The translations under genes were made by a program, and so were the position numbers. A DNA stretch of 64,000 nucleotides from contig JBNAVN010000003.1 of the NCBI GenBank assembly GCA_049700315.1, positions 8,724 through 72,723 of the forward strand, read 5' to 3'. Below are positions 38,525 through 49,649 of this stretch, one piece after another. The notes under the pieces are model-generated. The model worked only from the letters and a program-made list of their open reading frames with translations. It did no database searches and was not told where the DNA came from. This DNA is from a bacterium. Lineage in GTDB: Bacteria > Hydrothermota > Tepidihabitantia > SM23-42 > JAOAFX01. Every line of letters starts with the position of its first letter. Positions within the stretch are counted from its first letter, which is position 1.

Positions 38525-38710
38525 AAAATGCCTAAAATAATGAGTTCCAAAAATCCAAATCCCAATTACCAGGTAAATTTCAAATTTCCATTACCAGACA
38601 GTCTGAGGTCTGCGGAAAATAGTAACTTGGATGTTAATTATTGCTTAGAATTTAGACATTGAAGATTAAATATTGTTTGTGATTTGGGGCTTGGGATTTG
38701 AGATTTAATC

Positions 38711-39838
38711 ATGAATACTGCTGATGTCATAGTAATTGGTGGTGGTATTATAGGCTGTGCCACAGGTTATTATCTCACAAAAAAAGGTTTAAAGGTATTT
38801 CTTTTTGAAAAAGACTATCTTACTGCAGGGTCTACAGGCAGATGTATTGGCGGAATAAGACAACAATTCTCAACAGAATTGAGTATCAAGGTAGCCATGG
38901 AATCAGTAAAAAAATTCAAAGCAATGAACGATGAATTAGAAACAGATGTGGAATTTGAACAAGATGGCTATTTGTTTCTGGCACACGCTCAGGAAAAAGA
39001 AAAGATCTATAAGAATCTGATTGCATTACAGAAAAAGATGGGCCTGGATGTGGAATATGTTGATGTTCCAACCATAGAAAAAATTGTGCCCGGTATCAAT
39101 ACTGAAGGATTACTTGGTGGTGCCTACTGCCCAAGCGATGCCCAGGCAAATCCATTCTTAGTGGTTGATGCCTATGCAAAAAAGATAAAGCAGAAAGGGA
39201 AAATTTTTACCCATTGTGAAGTGAAAAGTATCAATTTCCAGAAAAACAAGGTTATTTCTATAACTGCAGTCAATAACGAGACCTATTATTCACCAATTGT
39301 AGTAAATGCTACTGGACCATTTATAAGAGAATTTACAAAATCTCTTGGCATTGATATTCCGGTATTTGCTGAGCGTCATGAATCACTCATTACCGAACCA
39401 ATTGAAATATTTTTCAAACCAATGGTAGTTGACTATCGTCCTGATGGTTGCTATTTTCACCAGAAATCAAAACAGGGTAGTATCATTGGATGTTTTACAC
39501 CAGTTCCCAATGTGCCGGGTAATGATATCCGTTCTTCATTTGAATTCATAAAAGAAATGGGAAGAAGGATGGCAAGGTTGATTCCAAAACTTGAGAACAT
39601 TAAAATAATCAGACAGTGGGCGGGCAGTTATGAAATGACTCCGGATGGCAACCCAATATTAGACAGGACTGATATTGAAGGACTATGGATAATCAGCGGT
39701 TTTTGTGGTCATGGTTTTATGCTTGGTCCAGAAATTGGTTTTGTAGCATCTGAATATATCACAAATGGAAAACCACCCTATGATATCAGTGAATTTACCC
39801 TGAAACGAGATTTTTCTCGCCAGGAAGTGATGAAATAA
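38711..39838 (+). CDS. FAD-dependent oxidoreductase (DAO family; glycine/D-amino-acid/sarcosine oxidase-like)
   Basis: VIVIGGGIIGCATGYYL dinucleotide-binding motif. C-terminal GFCGHGFMLGP motif typical of the DAO family. 375 aa. Confidence 0.7.
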   Translation: MNTADVIVIGGGIIGCATGYYLTKKGLKVFLFEKDYLTAGSTGRCIGGIRQQFSTELSIKVAMESVKKFKAMNDELETDVEFEQDGYLFLAHAQEKEKIYKNLIALQKKMGLDVEYVDVPTIEKIVPGINTEGLLGGAYCPSDAQANPFLVVDAYAKKIKQKGKIFTHCEVKSINFQKNKVISITAVNNETYYSPIVVNATGPFIREFTKSLGIDIPVFAERHESLITEPIEIFFKPMVVDYRPDGCYFHQKSKQGSIIGCFTPVPNVPGNDIRSSFEFIKEMGRRMARLIPKLENIKIIRQWAGSYEMTPDGNPILDRTDIEGLWIISGFCGHGFMLGPEIGFVASEYITNGKPPYDISEFTLKRDFSRQEVMK

Positions 39839-40011
39839 ACAAAAAATGCCCATTTAAAAAAGCAAAAGATAGCCCTAGATAAACAAAATACAATAAAATT
39901 TCTAAATCAAAAGTTTGGATTAATGATTGTCAAGATTGCAACCGCTTCATAATTCGCCCCATAAATTCATATTGTTCTTGACAGAGTGAAAATAATATAT
40001 ATTATAACAAT

Positions 40012-41138
<1,127 letters not shown>

Positions 41139-41237
41139 CATTCTTGCAATTATATATATAATATTAAAATTTGTTTAAGGGGATTAGCCCCGGGTGCAGT
41201 TAGTTTAAGAATATGGCTACAAAGCAAAGGAGTGAAT

Positions 41238-42278
41238 ATGTTTGGGAAAAAGAAAAGAGTGATCGGTCTTGATATTGGTTCAAGTCAAACAAAGATCGTT
41301 GAGCTTTCGCCAGGCAAGACCAAAAAATTGATCAACTATGGCATATCAAAGATATTGCCGGATGCAATTGTAGAAGGCGAGATAATTGATCGAGAGGCAG
41401 TTCTTGATTCAATTAGAACCCTTCTTGAATCCCGCAATATCACAACCAAAGATGTTGTGATTGGTCTTGCCGGACGGGATGTCATCATCAAAAGAATTGT
41501 AATGGACCGTCTGAGTGAAGCAGAAACCAGGGAACAGATAAAGTGGGAGGCGGAACAATATGTGCCATTTGACATAAATGAAGTCACCCTGGATTTTGAT
41601 GTTGTAAATCCCAACTTTGGCGAAAACCAACAAGAAGTAGTTCTGGTCGCAGCCAAGAATGAATTGATTAGCAATCTGAGTACTCTGTTAAAAGACCTGA
41701 ATCTTAATCCAGTCGTTATTGATACTGCAGCGTTTGCCCTTCAAAATGCATACGAATATAATTATCAGCCAAGTCCGGATGAATCAATTGGATTGTTGAA
41801 CATTGGTGCAGGAATGACAGTAATCAATGTTGTAAGAGGCGGCTCTTCATTACTGGCACGAGATGTCTATTATGGAGTAAACTCATATATCAACAAACTG
41901 CAAAAGGAAATCGGATTCAACTACGAAGATGCAGCCAATGCAGTGAAGGGTACGATTCCGGTTGGTGCTTCTCAGGAATCTATTCAGGGTGTTTTTGAGT
42001 CATTTGTTAATGATTTGAGTACGCAAATTGAGAGAAGTCTACAATTCCTTTCAACTGTGACCGGTGAAGAAAAGGTTAATAGAATGTTCATAACCGGTGG
42101 TGGCGCATTGATACCAAATCTTGTTGAATATCTGAAACGGCGCTTGAATGTAAGTGTTGAAGTCTTTAATCCCTTCAAAAACATTCTTTATGACCCCACT
42201 ATATTCGCACCTGAAGGGGTTGATATAATTGGTCCGGTTTTAACCCAGGCAGTTGGTCTTGCACTAAGGGGGGACTAA
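41238..42278 (+). CDS. pilM: Type IV pilus assembly protein PilM
   Basis: Actin-like ATPase fold with N-terminal GLDIGSSQTKIVEL. ATG at 41238 follows AAGGAG. Confidence 0.8.
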   Translation: MFGKKKRVIGLDIGSSQTKIVELSPGKTKKLINYGISKILPDAIVEGEIIDREAVLDSIRTLLESRNITTKDVVIGLAGRDVIIKRIVMDRLSEAETREQIKWEAEQYVPFDINEVTLDFDVVNPNFGENQQEVVLVAAKNELISNLSTLLKDLNLNPVVIDTAAFALQNAYEYNYQPSPDESIGLLNIGAGMTVINVVRGGSSLLARDVYYGVNSYINKLQKEIGFNYEDAANAVKGTIPVGASQESIQGVFESFVNDLSTQIERSLQFLSTVTGEEKVNRMFITGGGALIPNLVEYLKRRLNVSVEVFNPFKNILYDPTIFAPEGVDIIGPVLTQAVGLALRGD

Positions 42279-42883
42279 TGATAAAAATAGACCTATCGCC
42301 AAGCCCTAAGAAGGCAAAGGCGGCAAAAGCCAAACCCGCAAAACCTGGTGCACCAGCAGTCAAATTGCCATCCATTAAGTTAGGTGCACTGTATATTTTT
42401 GGAATTGCGGTAGTTGTTATTATTATCGCACTTTTTCTGATTATTCAATCAACTAAGATGGGTGGGCTAAATCGCAATATTACTGAGCTGAGAACAAGAC
42501 TTGATGAATTGAAAGTCTATGTTGCAACAGTTGATAGTCTTAAAAAGCGTGAAAAAGAGTTAATGGCACTCATTTCACCTATTCGCGAACTGAATCAAAA
42601 TCGCTTTTTGATTGCCCACATTCTTGATGAAGTATCTGCACGTATTCCTGAATTTACCTGGCTAACCATGCTCAATGTTAGTGCACAGAACATAAATATA
42701 AAGGGAACCACAGCCTCAAATCTCCTGGTTGCTGATTTTATGAACCGTTTAGAAGAATCCCCTTATATTGCAAATGTTGATCTTACGGTCCTTGAGAAAA
42801 AGACGGTTGAAAAACAGGAAATGATGGAATTTACACTTACTGCAAGTGTTAAAATTGATACAATCCCGGGAGGTACCAAATGA
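42278..42883 (+). CDS. pilN: Type IV pilus assembly protein PilN
   Basis: Short cytoplasmic N-terminus, single TM, coiled coil, periplasmic domain. Overlaps pilM stop. Confidence 0.65.
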   Translation: MIKIDLSPSPKKAKAAKAKPAKPGAPAVKLPSIKLGALYIFGIAVVVIIIALFLIIQSTKMGGLNRNITELRTRLDELKVYVATVDSLKKREKELMALISPIRELNQNRFLIAHILDEVSARIPEFTWLTMLNVSAQNINIKGTTASNLLVADFMNRLEESPYIANVDLTVLEKKTVEKQEMMEFTLTASVKIDTIPGGTK

Positions 42884-43452
42884 ATTTGAAAGAACCTAAG
42901 ACCCAGCAAACAATTGTGTTTTTTATTATCCTGATCCTGGTGTTAATTCTCTTTTTCCGATTCCCATATACCTCAAACCAGAAAAAGATAAAAAGCCTTG
43001 AGGCAAAAAGGGATTCATTGCAAATTAAGGTTCAAGAAGCTGAGGCAGCAAAGGCACGTCTGCCTGAATTGCAGGCAAGAATTGCCAGGCTTGAGGCTGA
43101 ATGGGAAGTCGCCAAAGAGATGTTACCACAGGAGAAAGAAATTCCGAAGTTGATCCAGCAAATATCCAATTCTGGAACTAAGGCGGGTGTAAGTTTTCTG
43201 CTTTTCAAACCGAGTGGTCCAGTTTCAAAAGCCAACTATTCAGAAATACCCGTTCAAATCAAGGTGACATGTGGATATCATCAACTTGGCAAATTCCTTT
43301 CAAATATTGGTAATCTATCACGAATTGTTAATGTTCCAGGGATAAAAATTGCACACGGTAAAGATCGCAGTACCGAAGCAGAATTGCAGGCAATCACCTA
43401 TACAGTTGCGAAAAAACAGGAGGTGCCAAGTGGTGCTCCACGCCGTCGGTAG
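42880..43452 (+). CDS. pilO: Type IV pilus assembly protein PilO
   Basis: TM helix then coiled-coil (LEAKRDSLQIKVQEAEAAKARLPELQARIARLEAEW). Operon position. Confidence 0.6.
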   Translation: MNLKEPKTQQTIVFFIILILVLILFFRFPYTSNQKKIKSLEAKRDSLQIKVQEAEAAKARLPELQARIARLEAEWEVAKEMLPQEKEIPKLIQQISNSGTKAGVSFLLFKPSGPVSKANYSEIPVQIKVTCGYHQLGKFLSNIGNLSRIVNVPGIKIAHGKDRSTEAELQAITYTVAKKQEVPSGAPRRR

Positions 43453-43828
43453 TATTCTTTCTTTATTCATTATCTTTAACCAAACACCATCCGGCGACTC
43501 ATTGTTTCCTGTTGAGAAGTACAGTTATGAGCAGGCAGGACGAAGAGACCCATTTGTTCCACTATTGGGAATGGAACTGGGTGGTGGAAAAACTGGTCAT
43601 TTAAGTCCCGAGAATCTGCGTTTGATCGGTGTCCTCTGGGGAGATCGTGGTTATTATGCCTTAGTAAAAGATGGCCAGGATAACGGTTATATTCTTAAAC
43701 GCGGTGACCGCGTTGCAGGCGGTCATGTCAGTGAGATCAATCACCAGGCTATTATTTTTGAAATTATGCATGCGGGAGTAGTAACAAAATATGAATTAAG
43801 GCTTGAAGAGGAAAAAGAAAGGAGGTAA
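43430..43828 (+). CDS. pilP: Type IV pilus assembly protein PilP-like
   Basis: GTG at 43430 preceded by AGGAGG. Hydrophobic N-terminus, RDPF motif. Operon position before the secretin. Confidence 0.5.
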   Translation: MVLHAVGSILSLFIIFNQTPSGDSLFPVEKYSYEQAGRRDPFVPLLGMELGGGKTGHLSPENLRLIGVLWGDRGYYALVKDGQDNGYILKRGDRVAGGHVSEINHQAIIFEIMHAGVVTKYELRLEEEKERR

Positions 43829-43831
43829 ATT

Positions 43832-45427
43832 ATGAGATTTTTGTTGACAATTCTCTCAATACTCTCTCTAATGCAGGCAGTAGTTATTAAAGATGTAATC
43901 GTAAAATCTGAGGGAGTAAACACAAAATTAATTCTTGAAGCGGATGGACCATTCATTGCCAATGCGTTTAGTCTTAAAGATCCATCACGGATGGTAGTTG
44001 ATTGTTCTGGAGTATCAAGTGCCCTGATTGGAAAGACTTACGGCCCTAATTCTGGCGGCATCAAGGATATTTCAGTAACCGGATTTGCCGGACAACCAGA
44101 TCTTATTAGGGTAGTGGCAAAACTGAATCAGGACTATTCTTTTTTGACTGCAACTGAGGGGAATAATTTTGTTGTCACATTGCTAACCGGACTCACAGCA
44201 CCGATACCGCAGTGGCAGGCAGTTGCTTCACAACCCGTCGCTTCAGTTTCAACAGAAACTCCCCCTCCAGTTGTTCCTACCTCAAGACCACCCGTCAGCA
44301 TCACCGGCCGTCCAATTAGTATTGACCTTGAAAATGCTGATATTCTGACGGTCTTAAGGGCATTGTCCGAGTACGCAGGCGTAAATATTGTTGCGGGTAA
44401 AGACGTGAAAGGCACAGTAACAGTCAGACTGCATAATGTTCCCTGGCATCAGGCACTTGAAATCATACTTCGTGCTGCTGGTTATGCATATCGTGAAGAC
44501 CCCGGAGTTATCCGTGTGGATACTGCCGATAATCTTGATAAACAGGATTTTGACCTACCACTGATTTCCAATATATACAAACTTGAATTTGCCAACCCTG
44601 GTGAAATGTTAAACAAGATTACTGCTATGCTATCACCAAAAGGGAAAGCAAATGTTGATGAAAGAACAAATTCTGTTGTAGTAACTGAGGTGCAACCCAT
44701 TCATGATAAGATCAAACAACTGGTAAAGTTACTTGATACACCAACGCCGCAAGTAGAAATTATGGCTAAGGTTGTAGATATTGATGCATCTCAATCCCAG
44801 GGTTTGGGAATTGACTGGACTATCAAAGGGTTGGAGACCAGGTTAATACGCGCTGACCTTACAAGCAATGCCAATCCTGCAATTGCAGGATATGGTGTTT
44901 TCAACATCGGTAGCGTTCCTTCACTGGCACAGGTTTCTGCTACAATCAATTTGCTTGAAGAAAAAGGCAAGGCGAACACAATATCAGCACCACGCGTGTC
45001 AGCAGTGGACAATAAAAAAGCATCAATCCTCGGTGGCCAGCGTTTTGGCATTCCTACAAGAGATCTGGCAGGCAATACAGTAATTCAATTTTACACAGTT
45101 GGTACCAAGCTTGAAGTAACACCACACATAAATTCATTAGAAGAGATTACTATGGAAATCCATGCCGAAGTGAGTGAACTTGACAAAGCATCAGCCCTGG
45201 CTGGAAGACCCATTATTACAACCTCAGAAGCAGATTCAAAAGTCCTTGTAAAAGATGGAAACACTGTCGTCATCGGTGGCTTTATCAGGAAAAAAGAGAC
45301 AAAGAATGTTCGGGGTATACCAATCCTGAAAGATATTCCTATTATTGGTGCGCTTTTCAAAGAGACAACCACAACCTATGAAGACCGTGAACTATTGATA
45401 TTCATCACCCCGACTATAATCAAGTAG
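43832..45427 (+). CDS. pilQ: Type IV pilus secretin PilQ
   Basis: Signal peptide, AMIN-like N-terminal domain, secretin C-terminal domain (VKDGNTVVIGGF, IPILKDIPIIGALF). Confidence 0.8.
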   Translation: MRFLLTILSILSLMQAVVIKDVIVKSEGVNTKLILEADGPFIANAFSLKDPSRMVVDCSGVSSALIGKTYGPNSGGIKDISVTGFAGQPDLIRVVAKLNQDYSFLTATEGNNFVVTLLTGLTAPIPQWQAVASQPVASVSTETPPPVVPTSRPPVSITGRPISIDLENADILTVLRALSEYAGVNIVAGKDVKGTVTVRLHNVPWHQALEIILRAAGYAYREDPGVIRVDTADNLDKQDFDLPLISNIYKLEFANPGEMLNKITAMLSPKGKANVDERTNSVVVTEVQPIHDKIKQLVKLLDTPTPQVEIMAKVVDIDASQSQGLGIDWTIKGLETRLIRADLTSNANPAIAGYGVFNIGSVPSLAQVSATINLLEEKGKANTISAPRVSAVDNKKASILGGQRFGIPTRDLAGNTVIQFYTVGTKLEVTPHINSLEEITMEIHAEVSELDKASALAGRPIITTSEADSKVLVKDGNTVVIGGFIRKKETKNVRGIPILKDIPIIGALFKETTTTYEDRELLIFITPTIIK

Positions 45428-45470
45428 ATAGAATAATATTGTAGAAATAAAATAGCAGAGCACTTAATTT

Positions 45471-45507
45471 TAAGATAAACCCCGAATTACTTCAAATGTG
45501 ATTCGGG
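45471..45507 (+). terminator. Rho-independent terminator after pilQ
   Basis: AAACCCCGAATtacttcaaatgtgATTCGGGGTTTATTG: 11-bp stem then T-rich tail. Confidence 0.55.
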
Positions 45508-45521
45508 GTTTATTGAATACG

Positions 45522-46073
45522 ATGAAGATTATTGCAGGTTTAAATAAGGGTAGATATCTAAAAGTCGCAAAGTCCGGTATGCGACCAACAAGGGCAATTG
45601 TACGATCCGCAATATTTAATATACTGCGCGACCACATTTGCAATGCCAATCTAATAGACATATTTGCAGGTACTGGTGCCCTCGGATTAGAAGCATTGTC
45701 CCAGGGTGCCAAATCTTGTGTTTTTGTTGAAAAAAATCCCAGAATACTACTGAACAATATCAAGCACCTAAAATTACAGAAAAAAATACAAGTCATCAAA
45801 CAGGATTTCAGACCTGCGTTGAAATATCTCCGTGGGGAAAAATTTGATATTGCATTCATTGATCCACCATACAAAGGAGAATTTGTTTCTGAGACTCTAA
45901 AGTTAATCTGTTTTTATCAACTGATAGAAGAACAAGGTATTATAGTAGCTGAATATGCACGATTTAATCGCTTGGTAATACCACAAGAATATATTGTGTT
46001 GAAAGAAAAAAGATATGGTGATACCTCAGTATCATTTCTAAAATTGAAATATAATGACAGGGGGCAGGCATGA
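45522..46073 (+). CDS. rsmD: 16S rRNA (guanine966-N2)-methyltransferase RsmD
   Basis: MKIIAG...RPT...RSAIFNIL and DLFAGTGALGLEALS (SAM motif I), DPPY motif IV. Start moved to ATG 45522, downstream of the terminator hairpin. Confidence 0.75.
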   Translation: MKIIAGLNKGRYLKVAKSGMRPTRAIVRSAIFNILRDHICNANLIDIFAGTGALGLEALSQGAKSCVFVEKNPRILLNNIKHLKLQKKIQVIKQDFRPALKYLRGEKFDIAFIDPPYKGEFVSETLKLICFYQLIEEQGIIVAEYARFNRLVIPQEYIVLKEKRYGDTSVSFLKLKYNDRGQA

Positions 46074-46552
46074 AAAGAGCAGTTTATGCAGGAACATTTG
46101 ACCCAATTACTTATGGCCATATTGATGTTATTGAGCGGGCAACAAAAATTTTTGATAAGGTAATAATCGGCGTAAGCAATGGTCCCAAACAAACCCTCTT
46201 CGCCCTTGAGGAAAGAATTTCCATAATTAAAATCATTTACCGACACAACTCCAGGGTTGTTGTTCAGGGATTTTCATCATTGCTTGTTGATTTTGTAAAA
46301 TCAGTCTCAGCGAAGACAATTATCCGCGGAATCAGGGCAGTTTCTGATTTTGACTATGAGTTTCAACTTGCCCTGATGAATAGAAAATTGAATGCCGAGA
46401 TTGATACATTATTTCTTATGCCTTCCGAAAAATATTTTTTTATCAGCTCATCTCTGGTTAAAGAAATTGCCTTTCTCGGTGGTGATATTTCTAAACTTGT
46501 ACCCCCAGTGGTGCAACGTAGTTTAGCGAGAAAACTAAACCTCAAACCTTGA
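46070..46552 (+). CDS. coaD: Phosphopantetheine adenylyltransferase
   Basis: AVYAGTFDPITYGHIDVI (T/HxGH nucleotidyltransferase motif). 160 aa. Confidence 0.85.
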   Translation: MKRAVYAGTFDPITYGHIDVIERATKIFDKVIIGVSNGPKQTLFALEERISIIKIIYRHNSRVVVQGFSSLLVDFVKSVSAKTIIRGIRAVSDFDYEFQLALMNRKLNAEIDTLFLMPSEKYFFISSSLVKEIAFLGGDISKLVPPVVQRSLARKLNLKP

Positions 46553-48176
46553 TGCTTCTCTCAATAAACATATGGCGCTTTATCTTCTGGGTTGTTGTTT
46601 TTGGGAATTCCTCTTCTCTGATTTCAAATTTCGTTATACGTTTATGAGTAATCAAACCTTCGTTTATCCTCTTAATCTCGTCCCTGAATATCTTCTCAAT
46701 ATCAGAAACACCAAGGGTGATATTTTGATTGATACTATGTTGCTCAAGTAGTTCATAGTCTGGGAAAATTAATGCACAGACTTCTTCTTTCTTGGTTGCA
46801 GGATCAATTCTGGGTACAACGAGTACTTCCTTAATCCATTTACTGGCAATCAACTTTTCTTCCAATTCTTCAGGGATAATATTTTTGCCTGTCGCAGTCA
46901 CAATCAGACTTTTCTTTCTTCCAGTTATATAGATGTACCCTTCATTATCAATGTACCCGAGGTCACCGGTATAGAGCCAGCCATGTTTAAGGATTTCATC
47001 TGTGGCTTCTTTATTATTGTAATAGCCGAGCATGACATTTGGACCACGGGCGATGATTTCACCAATACCATTTTCATCAGGTTCATATATTTTTACCTCA
47101 ACACCGGGAATTGGTTTTCCTACTGAATTGTTTTTAGGTCTTTCAGGGGGATTCACAGAAATAACCGGTGCTGATTCAGTTAGTCCATAACCCTGTAAGA
47201 TTGGAATACCCAACATTTCTAATCCCCGGGCAACTTTGGTTGATAGTGCTGCACCACCCGAAACAGTAAGTCGCAGATTTCCCAAACCCATTTCTTTTCT
47301 AACCTTTCCAAATAATGGTCTGCGCAAAAACCTTAACACTGAAGATATTCCGCTAATTGTCGAAAAAATAACTTTTGTAGGAATTGGTGCACTGGCAATT
47401 TTTCTATGAAGACCAGCAAGAAATTTTTCAAATAGTAAGGGCACAGCGATTAAACAGGTTACTCGTGCTTCCTTCATTGTAGCAATCAACTCATTCGGTT
47501 TTAGACTTGGTGGATAATATATGGCTGAACCTCTGTACAGGGGATATAGAAAACCACAGGTTGCCTCAAAAGTATGATGCATTGGTATGACCGACACAAA
47601 GGTATCATCTTCATATACTGGAATGACTTTCTCAATTGCCAGCAAATTAGCAATAATGTTCTTATGACTGAGCATTACTGCCTTTGCCAAACCTGTAGTA
47701 CCGGATGTGAAAATAAGAACCGCCAGAGAATCAGGATTGATATCAATAGCCACCTCCTCTTTAGTCTCAGAAAACTGCGGTATTTGCTTCATATTTATCA
47801 ACCATTTCAAGTCTTTGAGTTCACCTTTTATGGCTTCAACTTTGTAGGTGTAATTATCTGAACATATCACCCCCTTTGCCCCACTTTCACGCAGAATATG
47901 CAACAACTCACCTTCTGACAGCATTACATCAAGGGGTACGCATACCAGCCCTGCTCTATTTATAGCAAGATAACTTATTGCCCAGTGCGGACTATTTTCA
48001 CCAAGGACTCCAAATCGGTCACCAGGAGAAATTTTCAATCCAAGTAGATGCTTTTTCAAGGCAAGCACGCGCCCTTTTAGCTGCTTATAGGTATAAACAA
48101 CATCGCCTTTTTTCAAGGCAATTCTATCCGGAAAAAACTCTACGGAATTTTCAAAGACTTCACCGATTGTGTTCAA
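46542..48176 (-). CDS. Long-chain-fatty-acid--CoA ligase (AMP-binding family)
   Basis: FTSGTTGLAKAVMLSHKN AMP-binding motif. TGD...GR.K motifs. 544 aa. Confidence 0.75.
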   Translation of the reverse strand: MNTIGEVFENSVEFFPDRIALKKGDVVYTYKQLKGRVLALKKHLLGLKISPGDRFGVLGENSPHWAISYLAINRAGLVCVPLDVMLSEGELLHILRESGAKGVICSDNYTYKVEAIKGELKDLKWLINMKQIPQFSETKEEVAIDINPDSLAVLIFTSGTTGLAKAVMLSHKNIIANLLAIEKVIPVYEDDTFVSVIPMHHTFEATCGFLYPLYRGSAIYYPPSLKPNELIATMKEARVTCLIAVPLLFEKFLAGLHRKIASAPIPTKVIFSTISGISSVLRFLRRPLFGKVRKEMGLGNLRLTVSGGAALSTKVARGLEMLGIPILQGYGLTESAPVISVNPPERPKNNSVGKPIPGVEVKIYEPDENGIGEIIARGPNVMLGYYNNKEATDEILKHGWLYTGDLGYIDNEGYIYITGRKKSLIVTATGKNIIPEELEEKLIASKWIKEVLVVPRIDPATKKEEVCALIFPDYELLEQHSINQNITLGVSDIEKIFRDEIKRINEGLITHKRITKFEIREEEFPKTTTQKIKRHMFIERSIKV

Positions 48177-48558
48177 AGTTACCTCCCAGGATGGTGATAT
48201 TATCCTTTGCCTTTTTCAGCAAAATTGGTATCAGTTCTTCAGCAGTGTATTTTTCACGCAAAAGGAAAAACTCTATGAGCATGGGTAAGTTGACCCCGCA
48301 TAAGATCTTCAATTTCTTATCAATTTTCAAAAGATTCAAACACGATATTGCACAACTGCCACCGGGTAAGTCAACAAACAATATTTTTTCCTGCTCATCC
48401 ACTTCAACTGAATTCTTTATATTTTCTGCAAGTAACTCACATGATAGTCTTTCATTGGAGAATACCTCAACCATCTCCTGTTTACCCAAAATCCTTTCTA
48501 CTGTGTTCAATAGTGCTCGGGCAAATTCTCCGTGCCCAATTATTATTCCCTTAATCAT
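48160..48558 (-). CDS. PTS EIIA component, mannose/fructose/sorbose family
   Basis: MIKGIIIGHGEFARAL with the phosphorylatable His in the GHG context. DLPGGSC motif. 132 aa. Confidence 0.65.
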   Translation of the reverse strand: MIKGIIIGHGEFARALLNTVERILGKQEMVEVFSNERLSCELLAENIKNSVEVDEQEKILFVDLPGGSCAISCLNLLKIDKKLKILCGVNLPMLIEFFLLREKYTAEELIPILLKKAKDNITILGGNFEHNR

Positions 48559-48666
48559 ACCAGAACTCCTTCCTTTGTATTATCATTGTCTTTTTTAGCC
48601 ATCTCATAACCTCATAGTTCTGACCGTCAATTCCCTATTTCTACCTTTCCCTTGCCATAAATCTTC

Positions 48667-49647
48667 TTACTCTATATCTTCATCAAAATGCACGCTTGGC
48701 AATTCCTTCTTCAAAAGAACTCTTTGCAGTTCTTCATTGTATTCACGTGCAGCATTTATTCCTCTCAACTCCAAAAGATAATTCATTGCTACAACCTCTG
48801 TAATTACTGAAATATTCTTTCCTGGTGTGAGTGGCAATAAGATATGGGGAATTTTGACTCCCAAGATTTCCTTAACCTTCTTGGCAAGACCAAGCCTTTC
48901 GTATTCGCCCTTCGTTTCTTCCCAGTATACAAGTTCAATAATGATCTCTATACGCTTACGCAAACGAATTGCTTTTACTCCAAAGATTCTAAAGATATCA
49001 ACTATTCCAACACCCCTAATCTCAAGATGATGTTTCAATCGGTCACTCTTCTCTGCACCGGTCCCAATCAACATTTCACCCCGGCGAACAATCTTTACCA
49101 AATCGTCTGCTACAAGTCTGTGTCCTCTTTCCACAAGATCAAGGGCACACTCACTTTTGCCAATTCCTGGTTTCCCCAGGAAGAGAACTCCTACTCCATA
49201 GATATCCATTAATGTTCCGTGCATAAAAATACTGGGTGCAAGTTTATAATCAAGATAGATGGAAAGTGCATGGATAAAAGGAGTAGTTGATAAAGGGGTC
49301 TTCAATATCGGAATTTTCTTTCTATTTGCCTCTTCAATAATCTTGTTATCAATCTTCAAGTTCTTTGTAACAATAATACAGGGAGTACCGAGCCTCATAA
49401 TTGTCGTAATTCGCTTTTCTTTTATTTTCTCCTGGAGGGTTTTCAAATAGGATGTTTCAGTCTTGCCGATAATCATTATCCGTTCGCTCAAAAAATATCC
49501 TGTGTATCCAGCAAGAGCAAGTCCGGGGCGGAAAATATCGCTACTTGTTATCTCTCTCTGCTTCAGGTATTTCTCACCGGCCATAATCTTAAAAGAAAAC
49601 TCTTTCTTTTTTTCTTCATATAAGGTAAAGGCAGTAATTTTATTCAT
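48667..49647 (-). CDS. hprK: HPr kinase/phosphorylase
   Basis: Walker A GKPGIGKSE followed by CALDLVERGHRLVADD signature. About 320 aa. Confidence 0.85.
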   Translation of the reverse strand: MNKITAFTLYEEKKKEFSFKIMAGEKYLKQREITSSDIFRPGLALAGYTGYFLSERIMIIGKTETSYLKTLQEKIKEKRITTIMRLGTPCIIVTKNLKIDNKIIEEANRKKIPILKTPLSTTPFIHALSIYLDYKLAPSIFMHGTLMDIYGVGVLFLGKPGIGKSECALDLVERGHRLVADDLVKIVRRGEMLIGTGAEKSDRLKHHLEIRGVGIVDIFRIFGVKAIRLRKRIEIIIELVYWEETKGEYERLGLAKKVKEILGVKIPHILLPLTPGKNISVITEVVAMNYLLELRGINAAREYNEELQRVLLKKELPSVHFDEDIE

Positions 49648-49649
49648 AG

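Noticed and set aside
38528-38662. 44-codon ORF starting right after the kbl stop (MPKIMSSKNPNPNYQ…)
   Set aside because: No SD or promoter. Low-complexity Asn/Pro-rich sequence. More likely part of the structured spacer.
38525-38710. Glycine riboswitch upstream of the FAD (glycine oxidase-like) gene
   Set aside because: No GGAGAG/CUCUGGAGAG or ACCGAAGGGGCAA-type conserved cores. The region is AT-rich with a simple inverted repeat instead.
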